The notes below the pieces were generated by a model. It saw only the letters and a program-made list of their open reading frames with translations. It ran no database searches and was not told the origin of the DNA. Shown in pieces: positions 35,489 through 44,088 of a stretch of DNA of 64,000 nt. Within the stretch, counting starts at the first letter, position 1; every line of letters begins with the position of its first letter. A program made the translations under genes and the position numbers. Source of the stretch: Krischvirus LF73P4; sequence record OZ035795.1; one strand, given 5' to 3'.

Positions 35489-35812
35489 ATGATCGAGTTT
35501 GAAATTGACAACTTTCACGAAAAAGCAGAAGACTTAACCAAAATTTTGATTAGTCGAGGTGCATATAATACGAAAGATATTATAAAAGAAGTTAATGTAG
35601 CGATGGACGCGATCCAAAAGGAATTTAAACATATTTCAGCGATTGGAGAAAATGGTCATCTTGAAGATGTTGAGCTGGTAGCACTGCGACGCTATTACTT
35701 CTTTGTTGATTGCATCATTGATCTAGCTAAAAATTATAGTCATTACATGAAAGATATTGTAAACGATGCACGTAAGTTGGCAGAGAATGTTTACGGGAAG
35801 TTTCCAGAATGA
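35489..35812 (+). CDS. hypothetical protein (paralog of 35042-35374)
   Basis: 107 aa; GAGG upstream of ATG 35489. Confidence 0.5.
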   Translation: MIEFEIDNFHEKAEDLTKILISRGAYNTKDIIKEVNVAMDAIQKEFKHISAIGENGHLEDVELVALRRYYFFVDCIIDLAKNYSHYMKDIVNDARKLAENVYGKFPE

Positions 35813-36057
35813 AATTAGAACAAGCGATTGTATACTTTGAGATGGGCTATGATATTGCTCGTGTAGAGTGGGAAGATGGTGATTTTGTCCGATTGATTGA
35901 TCTTCCAGAAACAGCTATTGCACTGGTCAAAGTAGAAAACGGCATACAACGAAATTACGCGTTTTCTGACGAAGACAAACAAGCCGATGACTGGTACGCT
36001 ACATGTTTTCATCATACAGCGTCAAAATGCGATTCAGGCGCGTCTATGCGTCAATAA
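35809..36057 (+). CDS. hypothetical protein
   Basis: 82-aa ORF. Confidence 0.45.
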   Translation: MKLEQAIVYFEMGYDIARVEWEDGDFVRLIDLPETAIALVKVENGIQRNYAFSDEDKQADDWYATCFHHTASKCDSGASMRQ

Positions 36058-36069
36058 ATGCGTCAATAA
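36046..36069 (+). repeat. perfect 12-bp tandem duplication ATGCGTCAATAA x2
   Basis: Read directly; duplicates last three codons plus stop of ORF 35809-36057. Confidence 0.8.
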
Positions 36070-36103
36070 AAAAGAAGGGGAGGCCGAAAGGCTTCCCCTT
36101 TAA
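36068..36103. terminator. bidirectional terminator between convergent early block and holin t
   Basis: AAGGGGAGGCC-gaaa-GGCTTCCCCTT hairpin flanked by A-run (5') and T-rich (3'). Confidence 0.6.
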
Positions 36104-36104
36104 G

Positions 36105-36761
36105 TTATCTAATCCTTCCGAGGATTCTGGCAGATTGATTGCAAAGAGTATCTAAATTCTCAATGTCAATATCCGGTTTATTCTTCCATGCAATGGAGAT
36201 ACTACCAGAATAGACATTATCGAGATTGAATATAGGGCAAGAATACATAAACCCTATATCGATACTCTCTAATTTCTTTTCTCTTGATGGAATATACTGG
36301 AAATCTTTATCGGTAAAATATGATTTACCTAAAAGATGCCTACGATATTCTTCACTCGTTTTATTGATAGGGAATCCGCCTAAATTTTTTTCATCGATTG
36401 TATGCGGTAACTTTCCTTCATATGCCACCAAATCAACAAAATAGTTTAGGTTTTTCGGACGAAAACTAAAAACAGCAGAAAAATCGGCATCAGCCGACAC
36501 ATGAACTATCTGTAACTGCTCCTGTGCTGCATTATCAAAATTGCGGTCTTTCTCTACCTGGAGAACGTGAGCATAAGTCTCATAACGAGTCTCTTTATAA
36601 AGCGCAAATAACTCGTTTTTACTATAAACGACAAATGCTAATATAGACAACACGACGGCAGCAAAAACACGAAGTACGAGCAACTCCGTGCTTTTAGTTG
36701 TGAAAATAGCGCGCAGGACATTTGAGATAGCAAAGTCTTTCCCTTTTTCAGAAACTTGCAT
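36105..36761 (-). CDS. t: holin T (lysis protein t)
   Basis: 218 aa, same length and strong similarity to T4 holin as recalled (LQIVHVSADADFSAVFSFRPKNLNYFVD...). Confidence 0.9.
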   Translation of the reverse strand: MQVSEKGKDFAISNVLRAIFTTKSTELLVLRVFAAVVLSILAFVVYSKNELFALYKETRYETYAHVLQVEKDRNFDNAAQEQLQIVHVSADADFSAVFSFRPKNLNYFVDLVAYEGKLPHTIDEKNLGGFPINKTSEEYRRHLLGKSYFTDKDFQYIPSREKKLESIDIGFMYSCPIFNLDNVYSGSISIAWKNKPDIDIENLDTLCNQSARILGRIR

Positions 36762-36794
36762 ATAATGCCCTAAGATAACTATGACAGTGTACTC

Positions 36795-37034
36795 TTATTT
36801 AGGTAGTTGACTATCACTATTTTTATTTTGCTCGTTGCTATCTTCTGACTGATCTTTATTAAACTCCTTATAAAGTTCTTCCACAAAACGATCATCAATT
36901 GGCGTATTGGTATAAGCCGCAAGACGACGAGCGCAATAGAAGAAAATTTTAGTGAGCATCTTTTCACTAATTAACTTTGACAATAGTTTCATTCCGAAAT
37001 TAGACAAAGCACCAATGACGATATTATAGACCAT
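36795..37034 (-). CDS. hypothetical protein between adhesin and holin
   Basis: 79 aa; AAGGAG 8 nt upstream of ATG; hydrophobic N-terminus, acidic tail. Confidence 0.5.
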   Translation of the reverse strand: MVYNIVIGALSNFGMKLLSKLISEKMLTKIFFYCARRLAAYTNTPIDDRFVEELYKEFNKDQSEDSNEQNKNSDSQLPK

Positions 37035-37097
37035 AGCCGTTTCTCCTTAGTAGTTCCCTTCCGTGGGAGTTTTCCTTAATTCTTTTTATAATTGCGT

Positions 37098-37880
37098 CTA
37101 AACAGCCGGTCCGTAAATAGCTCCGCGATTTTGCCACGTTGGAGAAGACCCTATAACAGCATATCCAGAATCGCCGCCATTATATTCAGATCCTTGACCA
37201 CGAATATTACATCTACCTCCTGCGGCGCCTACCTCACCACCGCTTCCACCATTATAGATACCGTTCACGGACCCCGAACCGGGCGCATAAAGAGTACCAG
37301 CAGTTGCGCCTGATTGCATATCAATAGATCCGCCCGGCGCACCAAACGGACGCCCACCGCCACCGCCAAAGGTTAATCTCATTTGTGAAAAAGGAGAATA
37401 ATACCCGCCACCGCCACCGCCACCGCCACCTGCAATAGCTCCACCATTATTAATTCTTAGTCTCCCACCAATATCATTTTGAATACAATGCCCCCCGGCT
37501 GATCCAGGACCATTGCTACCGCCATTCCCGCCACGACCATACATCGTTACGCCATGTATATTCAACTGAACATATTCATTCGGTGTATCTCCGTACATAA
37601 AGAATAAAGGAACATCTTTAGAATATGATACTAAATCTCCAGTGATATTAAACACTATAGGTGTACTACCTGCTTCAAAGCATCTATCACGGAACCACTG
37701 ACCGTTGAAGTTATGGTCTGCACCAAGTGTATGAATAATTTCTCGCGAGCGACCTGCAAATTGACTCATCCAGCAAGGAACACCCAATCTTAATTGACCA
37801 GCCGCTTGACTCATCCATCGTTGTCCTGTTTCATTTGCGGCTGAACTTCCAATCCAACCAGGAACACCAACTACTGCCAT
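37098..37880 (-). CDS. 38: long tail fibre tip adhesin gp38 (T2-type, glycine-rich motifs)
   Basis: 260 aa; conserved N-terminal domain then poly-Gly runs separated by variable segments. Confidence 0.9.
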   Translation of the reverse strand: MAVVGVPGWIGSSAANETGQRWMSQAAGQLRLGVPCWMSQFAGRSREIIHTLGADHNFNGQWFRDRCFEAGSTPIVFNITGDLVSYSKDVPLFFMYGDTPNEYVQLNIHGVTMYGRGGNGGSNGPGSAGGHCIQNDIGGRLRINNGGAIAGGGGGGGGGYYSPFSQMRLTFGGGGGRPFGAPGGSIDMQSGATAGTLYAPGSGSVNGIYNGGSGGEVGAAGGRCNIRGQGSEYNGGDSGYAVIGSSPTWQNRGAIYGPAV

Positions 37881-37893
37881 AATTTATACTCCA

Positions 37894-37912
37894 AAGGGGG
37901 CAACGCCCCCTT
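37894..37912 (-). other. tight stem-loop AAGGGGGC-aac-GCCCCCTT between gene 37 and gene 38
   Basis: Perfect 8-bp inverted repeat with 3-nt loop. Confidence 0.4.
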
Positions 37913-37916
37913 GTTG

Positions 37917-40697
37917 TTAGAATTTAAAATATTTACTAATTTTGCGAGCAATTTTAGTAAAGAAAGGAGTTTTCAATTCTTTAATTTCTTCACTCATTTC
38001 CTGAATAGCCTTAATTAAAAGAGCATTCACTGCCGAGTTAGAAATTGTCAGAACATCAGATCCATCAACTTCAACTTTAGATACAGCTTCCGGCAATTCT
38101 TTTTCAAGATCCTGAGCAATAATACCAGCTTCACGTTTAATCACACTACGATCTTTAATAGACTTAACTTTATCGTAAGTATAAACTTTCAGACGGCATA
38201 CTTTTTCAAGTGCTCCGTTTTCTAACTCTTCTTTATTAATCTTAAGACGGGAGTCAGAACGAATATACACATCGCTAAAGCTACCATTTCCTGGTGTATA
38301 AAAGAACCCATCATGATGGAATTCAAACACAGCTTGTGGGTGTCCAGCATCAGGAGAAGCCTCCGTGGATCCGACACGAATGATTGCTTGCCCCCACTGT
38401 GATGGAATACGACGCATACCAAAGTCAACAGCGGTGCTATATCCTTGATTGGTTATAACGCTTCTTGCTTTAAGAATAGGATAATAACTATCTTGACCAA
38501 CATAACCATGATCAACGAATAATGGAGCTTCTACTCGCCATTGGTTGCCCCAATCACCTGGTTGTCTGGCAACCCAACTTGCACCATTGATATACATACG
38601 ATCGCGGTTAACGTTAACCATTAAGGTATTTTGCGGGTTTAAAGATATCTCGCCAGAATTTGTAATATAAATTGCAGAATTACTAGCATAACTAAAAAAC
38701 CCTAATCCGTTATCAGCGCCTCCTTTCCCTATATACCAATTATTATTACCATCACAACTACCCAACAAATAAACCGAATCTCCAGATGACGGAGCATTCA
38801 AAACTATTGCGTCCGAACCACGATTAACAGTTATTTTATCGGAAGATTCTATTTGACCAAAGAATTTAGTTTTAATTGCACCAGTCGCTAAAGTACGTTC
38901 AGTGGAAAAATGAGCGCCTTTGCTATCTTCTAACTGAATAATGTTATCACGAGCGTTATTGCTATCACCCCAATGGTTAAATTTAAAATAATCTCGTGAT
39001 CCTAAACGTCCGGCGTCAAAAGTCATCAAGCCTTTCATGTTAATATCACCACCAAAAAATGCGGTGAGAGAATCACGTTTTAATTTTAAAACGTTAGCAC
39101 CACTAGTACCACCCAAAGTAACATCACCAGTTCTTAATTCATAACGGAAAGGTCTATTTGTATTAAAGTTTCCATCTTGATCATTTTCGTCGGTGGAAAG
39201 AATATAAAGACTCTCTCCATCATTACGTAAAAATGCACCAAATTTTCCGCCATACATACGGAATGCATTCAACGAGCGGAATTTAACTTCTGTTTTAAAT
39301 GTGGTAGTGTTATTAAGGTTAACAGTAGAGTTAAAGTTAACTGCGCCATTAAAATCTTGTTTAGCAGTCCAAGTATGTGATCCGTCTTCAAGAACAACAC
39401 GGCGAACTGTACAAGTTCTATTTCCCGGATTACCAGCAACACGAACGACAAAATAACGGTAGTTTGTCTGGGATACAGTACCACGCCAAACCTGAACAGT
39501 ACGCCCTGTGCCAGTGTGTTCGCTAGGACCGACAGAAAACATAACCAAGTTTCCGTCAATCGCACCCCAATCCATATTTGCTGGCATGTTCTTTATTTTG
39601 TTCAAAGGAACACTAAACATACTACCAGGGACAAAATCAAAGGTTTGCCAGTCTAGCTCCGCTAATTGAGATTTAACACCACCCATACCCAGAGTGATCG
39701 GCATAGAATAGGACGTATATACTTCGTACCAATTTCCCCAGATGTTATTTGTCATCGCACGTTCAAACACGCGAGATCGCGTAGTTGCACCCGTTCCTGC
39801 GGTAGTGAAACGTTGGAAAATAGCGGCACCGGAAGCACGCTGTTTAACCTCAAGCAATCCGGTCATCTCAACCGGAACACCTTCTGCAACTGGACGGTTA
39901 ATAACGGCATCAGTCCCTAAAATGTTATACAAGCCAGGAGAACGAAAATTATTAAGATCCCCGTCATAGAATGTGTTTGGAGTAACCATACCTACTTGTT
40001 GCCACGGTCCCCAATTCGGAGCTTCTGGATCCCATGCACCAGCAAGACAACGAACATATACAACACCCATTCGGGTAGTATAACGTTGCGTGCGAGAATA
40101 GTTACCACCTTCATAAATTTCTAAAAGACCTTGCGCGAGACCACCTTCTTCTGGGTAATTTCGAGAAAATGATGCAATGGAACTTAAACTATTTCGCCAT
40201 AACCCAAAATGAGAAGCATCACCTAAAGTATTCAAGTCTAGTGTAGTTGATAGTGGACGTGTGCCAGTTTGAATATTGCGCCACGGACCCCATGGACCAT
40301 CTACGCCATTCCATTTAGCAGACAAAGAACGGATATAAACGTTACCAGACCGAACAGTATAACGCTGAGTGCCAGCAAATTGACCAGCCACAAATACTTC
40401 TAATACACCTACAGCATTCTCTTCTGGGAATTTATTTGCTGGCTGCGCATTTGTTGAAGTTGATTTAGACCAAACGCCAGTAAATTTACCAGTAGGTCCA
40501 TAATTATCTAAATTTGCATCAGATGGCAACTCACCGCGAAAGTGTCCCAAAGTAATTACATTATTGCTGTCATCTTTTGTATATAGTTCTCGATCCGCTA
40601 GGTTAATAGCAAGTTCACCCGGAGTTAGAATATTCGCATCCGGCTTGCGACCTGCCGTACTTGTTCTTTTAAATTGGATTCTCTGTAAATCTGCCAT
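37917..40697 (-). CDS. 37: long tail fibre distal subunit gp37, with C-terminal intramolecular-chaperone-like segment
   Basis: 926 aa; N-terminus QRIQFKRTSTAG...GELAINL like T4 gp37; SDSRLK motif about 113 aa from C-terminus. Confidence 0.9.
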   Translation of the reverse strand: MADLQRIQFKRTSTAGRKPDANILTPGELAINLADRELYTKDDSNNVITLGHFRGELPSDANLDNYGPTGKFTGVWSKSTSTNAQPANKFPEENAVGVLEVFVAGQFAGTQRYTVRSGNVYIRSLSAKWNGVDGPWGPWRNIQTGTRPLSTTLDLNTLGDASHFGLWRNSLSSIASFSRNYPEEGGLAQGLLEIYEGGNYSRTQRYTTRMGVVYVRCLAGAWDPEAPNWGPWQQVGMVTPNTFYDGDLNNFRSPGLYNILGTDAVINRPVAEGVPVEMTGLLEVKQRASGAAIFQRFTTAGTGATTRSRVFERAMTNNIWGNWYEVYTSYSMPITLGMGGVKSQLAELDWQTFDFVPGSMFSVPLNKIKNMPANMDWGAIDGNLVMFSVGPSEHTGTGRTVQVWRGTVSQTNYRYFVVRVAGNPGNRTCTVRRVVLEDGSHTWTAKQDFNGAVNFNSTVNLNNTTTFKTEVKFRSLNAFRMYGGKFGAFLRNDGESLYILSTDENDQDGNFNTNRPFRYELRTGDVTLGGTSGANVLKLKRDSLTAFFGGDINMKGLMTFDAGRLGSRDYFKFNHWGDSNNARDNIIQLEDSKGAHFSTERTLATGAIKTKFFGQIESSDKITVNRGSDAIVLNAPSSGDSVYLLGSCDGNNNWYIGKGGADNGLGFFSYASNSAIYITNSGEISLNPQNTLMVNVNRDRMYINGASWVARQPGDWGNQWRVEAPLFVDHGYVGQDSYYPILKARSVITNQGYSTAVDFGMRRIPSQWGQAIIRVGSTEASPDAGHPQAVFEFHHDGFFYTPGNGSFSDVYIRSDSRLKINKEELENGALEKVCRLKVYTYDKVKSIKDRSVIKREAGIIAQDLEKELPEAVSKVEVDGSDVLTISNSAVNALLIKAIQEMSEEIKELKTPFFTKIARKISKYFKF

Positions 40698-40741
40698 TTT
40701 ATAAAATCCTTAACGGTTGTTAGAATAATATTATTTAGAAA

Positions 40742-40760
40742 AGCGGGGATTATCCCCGCT
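40742..40760 (-). terminator. stem-loop AGCGGGGA-tta-TCCCCGCT, partial terminator/attenuator between gp36-like gene and gene 37
   Basis: 8-bp perfect inverted repeat; short U-run follows on - strand. Confidence 0.4.
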
Positions 40761-40764
40761 AGAA

Positions 40765-42255
40765 TTAGAAAGTACCAAAATCAATTACCGCATTAAGCGG
40801 AACAGCGCCAACATCATCAGGAGTTGGTTTGTGTCCTTCGTGGTATAATTCAAATGTATCGGTGTCCTGAGTATTGTTGCGTGATTTAACGAAAATAATT
40901 TTAGAATCATGTGTGATGCCTAGTTTCTCGTGCGCTTTAATATCACTAACACGATGAATCATTGCTGTGCCATCTAAGCTATTAAGTCCAGCGTAGCAAT
41001 TATCACCATTATAGTTAGCTTTTGCGGTACGAACGCCGTTTGCAGCGGGAACTGTCAAAGCACCTCTCATGGTATCGCCAGTCACATTAACATAGCGAGC
41101 ATCAGCCAATTTACGGTGATCTACATAGTTCCATGCGGTCCATGATTCATTAGAACAAGAACGCCAGCACATCGGATGATCAATAGATTCAGGATAGTAT
41201 ACCTGAACAATTCGACGAGTACCGACCGCATCTTCTGGGCGATATACCATCAAAACGCCGTTATAATAGCTATCAGACGGTTTATTAGTACCTGATCCAG
41301 CATTTTCCACACGATAGATACCGCGATTAATAAGAGTGTTCCAATCAACGTTTCCAATGATTGTTGGATTTGCTACCATTGATTTTTTCTCAAAGTAGCT
41401 CAAACGAACCAATTCATTAGGACCAGCAGGATCGTTTGTCGCCAACATTCTAGGCGCTTGCAAGTTACCTTCCATAATATCACCAGCACGTTTAACCTGT
41501 GCATCATTGGTGACATTACCTAGTCCAACATCGGCTTTAGTCGGTTTATTGTTGGTGTGGTAGAATCTACCTGCCTTGCCATTAACAGAAATTGTCGGCT
41601 CGTTTTTGCTACTGAATGCCAAAGTATCAAGACTATTTCCAAAATAAATGGCATTAGAATCGAAAGCAATGAAACCACGATCCCGCGCAAGTATTTTCGA
41701 ATTAACATCAAGTTTAAATGTAGCCGTGTTTAAATTATACGTTCCCGTGAGAGTATCACCGCGACGAGACACCAAATCCAAATCATTGTTTGTCGGCTTA
41801 TTAACAGGACTATAGACGCGTTGACCAGTGTCTTTAATGGTTGTCCCTTCGATGGTCCCTTTAGTTTTAAAATCACCTGTGGTAGTGTCAATATAAGCCA
41901 TGATAACATCATCACGAGCATTAACAAAACCAATAGATTTCCACGAATGCAAACCCCAACTTACACCATCAAAGTTAGCCGCATCGCTCTTTCCTTTAAA
42001 GATCCCGTTCTTTTTGGTTTCTCCACCGGATGCGCTACCTACGCTTAAACCTTCCTCAAAATGGACCAGTTTCTGAAATGTACCACCCTCAGATGCACTA
42101 ACAGCATCAAAATCGGCAGCCGAAGGTTTATCAAAAGCGGTATAGATTTTATGACCTTTATAGAAAAGCTGATCACCCGCTGGCTGGATCGTCAAGTTTC
42201 CTTGCGTCCAAATGGGAGATCCGCCTACAGTAGATCCATGTTTCAAATCTGCCAT
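40765..42255 (-). CDS. 36: long tail fibre hinge/connector protein, gp36-like (enlarged)
   Basis: 496 aa; N-terminus MADLKHGSTVGGSPIWTQGN...PAGD resembles T4 gp36; directly upstream of gene 37. Confidence 0.6.
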   Translation of the reverse strand: MADLKHGSTVGGSPIWTQGNLTIQPAGDQLFYKGHKIYTAFDKPSAADFDAVSASEGGTFQKLVHFEEGLSVGSASGGETKKNGIFKGKSDAANFDGVSWGLHSWKSIGFVNARDDVIMAYIDTTTGDFKTKGTIEGTTIKDTGQRVYSPVNKPTNNDLDLVSRRGDTLTGTYNLNTATFKLDVNSKILARDRGFIAFDSNAIYFGNSLDTLAFSSKNEPTISVNGKAGRFYHTNNKPTKADVGLGNVTNDAQVKRAGDIMEGNLQAPRMLATNDPAGPNELVRLSYFEKKSMVANPTIIGNVDWNTLINRGIYRVENAGSGTNKPSDSYYNGVLMVYRPEDAVGTRRIVQVYYPESIDHPMCWRSCSNESWTAWNYVDHRKLADARYVNVTGDTMRGALTVPAANGVRTAKANYNGDNCYAGLNSLDGTAMIHRVSDIKAHEKLGITHDSKIIFVKSRNNTQDTDTFELYHEGHKPTPDDVGAVPLNAVIDFGTF

Positions 42256-42288
42256 AAAGTAACCTCAAAAATTAGTTATAGTTCCGAG

Positions 42289-42296
42289 TATTTATA
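42289..42296 (-). promoter_or_regulatory. T4-type late promoter box TATAAATA
   Basis: Exact TATAAATA on - strand, 33 nt upstream of gp36-like ATG. Confidence 0.55.
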
Positions 42297-42465
42297 GAAT
42301 GTTAACAAAATATCGCTTCGCGACGTGCCGTAGGCACTGACTACTTTTTAACCGAAACAAATTTTCTATTATTCTAAAGATCTTTCTTCGTTTTGGTTAT
42401 GTTTTAACCAATAACTATATTTTTATACAGTAATAAATAAAACGGGTACTATACGAGGACTTCTT

Positions 42466-42720
42466 ATGACAGAAGACATTTTGTTAAAACTCTATGATCG
42501 TCTGGATAACGAATTAGCAACATTGCGGGGTGAAGTTCTCTATTTGTCTAAATGCAATACAGATCTGCTTAAGCAGATTGCAGAAAGGGATGATCAAATA
42601 AAATCCCTTTCAGGTGCATTACGTGATCGCGACAAGGCATTAGAGATTTTACAGCGTGTTACCAATAAGGAAGAATTAAAAGACTTCTTACATGGTTATG
42701 CTCATGCCATCGATCTATAA
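42466..42720 (+). CDS. hypothetical coiled-coil protein
   Basis: 84 aa; GAGGA 6 nt upstream of ATG. Confidence 0.45.
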   Translation: MTEDILLKLYDRLDNELATLRGEVLYLSKCNTDLLKQIAERDDQIKSLSGALRDRDKALEILQRVTNKEELKDFLHGYAHAIDL

Positions 42721-42746
42721 TAAAAAAGCCCGTCAATGACGGGCTT
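42721..42746 (-). terminator. rho-independent terminator ending the gene 4 - gene 2 transcript
   Basis: AAGCCCGTC-aat-GACGGGCTT hairpin; on - strand followed by TTTTTTA. Confidence 0.6.
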
Positions 42747-42750
42747 AATG

Positions 42751-43572
42751 TTATGCATCCTTCCAAACTTTCCTTGCGTCGTATTTCTTGCCTTTTGACA
42801 TAAACTGATATGTAGGCATATAGATAATATTGCTCCAGTCTTTCGGGCTAATCTCAACAAGTTTTGTTTTAATGTGTCCCGGTAGATATGCTTTGATCAT
42901 GTGATCACTTCCACGCATACCTTTTACATCGCTCCATTTGATTTTTAAGCGTGTTTTATTGCTCAAGGTAGGAGTAGATGCATATTGCTTTAAAAGTGCC
43001 TCTAAAAACTGCTGACGGGCTTTAGGCGTTACATAGTGTAAGTTAAGACCCAGCATTACAGTATTACCCGCCTTTGTCTTAGAATCACCCAGACAAATGA
43101 TCAGCGGGAAAACATCCCAATATGGTAAAGTGTCTTTATACTTCGCATCATACATAAAGGTATAGATTCGCCCTACTTGCGGTTTTACAATCTGGTGTCC
43201 CTTTATTCCCGCTTTTATTGTTTTAGTAAACCACTCCTGTGATTTTTCTTTAGGACGACTCTTTGATACAGCACGCATAGACGCACGAAAATCATTAATC
43301 ATCATCATTGCGCGTTGCTGCTTATTGAGACCCTTTGCACCTTTCCCTTTTAGTTTTTCAACTTCTATTGCTGTTTTAATTTCGCTGGCATAACGAGACA
43401 TACTTTTAGTGAAAGTCGCATAGGCTATTCCCTTAGAATCTGCAAATGCTTTAGCTGTCATGCCTTTGGCTTTTGCTTTCGCAAATTCTACACCCAATTC
43501 GACCCACTGTTTAGACTTTCTTTTTTGGGGAGACGGCTTTTCGTCTTCTGTGATTATTTCAAATACGCTCAT
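42751..43572 (-). CDS. 2: DNA end protector protein gp2
   Basis: 273 aa, basic; size and position next to gene 4 as in T4. Confidence 0.65.
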   Translation of the reverse strand: MSVFEIITEDEKPSPQKRKSKQWVELGVEFAKAKAKGMTAKAFADSKGIAYATFTKSMSRYASEIKTAIEVEKLKGKGAKGLNKQQRAMMMINDFRASMRAVSKSRPKEKSQEWFTKTIKAGIKGHQIVKPQVGRIYTFMYDAKYKDTLPYWDVFPLIICLGDSKTKAGNTVMLGLNLHYVTPKARQQFLEALLKQYASTPTLSNKTRLKIKWSDVKGMRGSDHMIKAYLPGHIKTKLVEISPKDWSNIIYMPTYQFMSKGKKYDARKVWKDA

Positions 43573-43583
43573 AATATTATCCT

Positions 43584-44057
43584 CTATTTGTTAAGCCCTT
43601 TAAAGCCAAACACTTTCTTTAATGCATGTTCGGTGATGATCTTAAACTCCATGTTATGCTTTTGGCATAATTTCACGGCAGCTAACCATTTTTCAGTATT
43701 TTTTGTGTATGTCCATACTTCATGCATATATCGTTGCTTTGTCTTCGCGGTCATTCTTTTTGGCTTTTCCGGTGGCCTTGTCTCTTTAGCTGGTTTAACT
43801 TCCCATAAATGCTCCTTGCCATCATCAAACTTAACGTAAAAATCCATAAAGTATCTGTGTCTTTTTCCGTCTGTTGATGACTCATAAGGAATTACTACGG
43901 TCTCAGATCCCCATTTTGCAACTCTAGGATTGCGGTCTAGCCACTGCATGATCCATCTTTCCCAGCTTGAACGGTATGTGATCTTACGTATATCCCCTTT
44001 ATACTTTTCCTTATTCTCAGGAACATACTTGCCCTTATAAGTGTTAGATCCTCCCAT
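43584..44057 (-). CDS. 4: head completion protein gp4
   Basis: 157 aa; divergent from gene 53 as in T4. Confidence 0.65.
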   Translation of the reverse strand: MGGSNTYKGKYVPENKEKYKGDIRKITYRSSWERWIMQWLDRNPRVAKWGSETVVIPYESSTDGKRHRYFMDFYVKFDDGKEHLWEVKPAKETRPPEKPKRMTAKTKQRYMHEVWTYTKNTEKWLAAVKLCQKHNMEFKIITEHALKKVFGFKGLNK

Positions 44058-44072
44058 TTTAGCACCCTTTAT

Positions 44073-44080
44073 TATAAATA
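44073..44080 (+). promoter_or_regulatory. T4-type late promoter box TATAAATA for gene 53 operon
   Basis: Exact TATAAATA, 32 nt upstream of ATG 44113. Confidence 0.6.
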
Positions 44081-44088
44081 CATAATAC

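Noticed and set aside
36779-36967. Alternative 62-aa minus-strand ORF overlapping the 79-aa ORF in another frame
   Set aside because: No SD, and it overlaps the better-supported 79-aa frame that has AAGGAG at optimal spacing.
37881-37895. TATAAAT on the minus strand just upstream of gene 38, considered as a late promoter
   Set aside because: It lies within the SD-to-ATG spacer (5 nt from the start codon), leaving no room for a transcript leader; more likely part of the translation initiation region.
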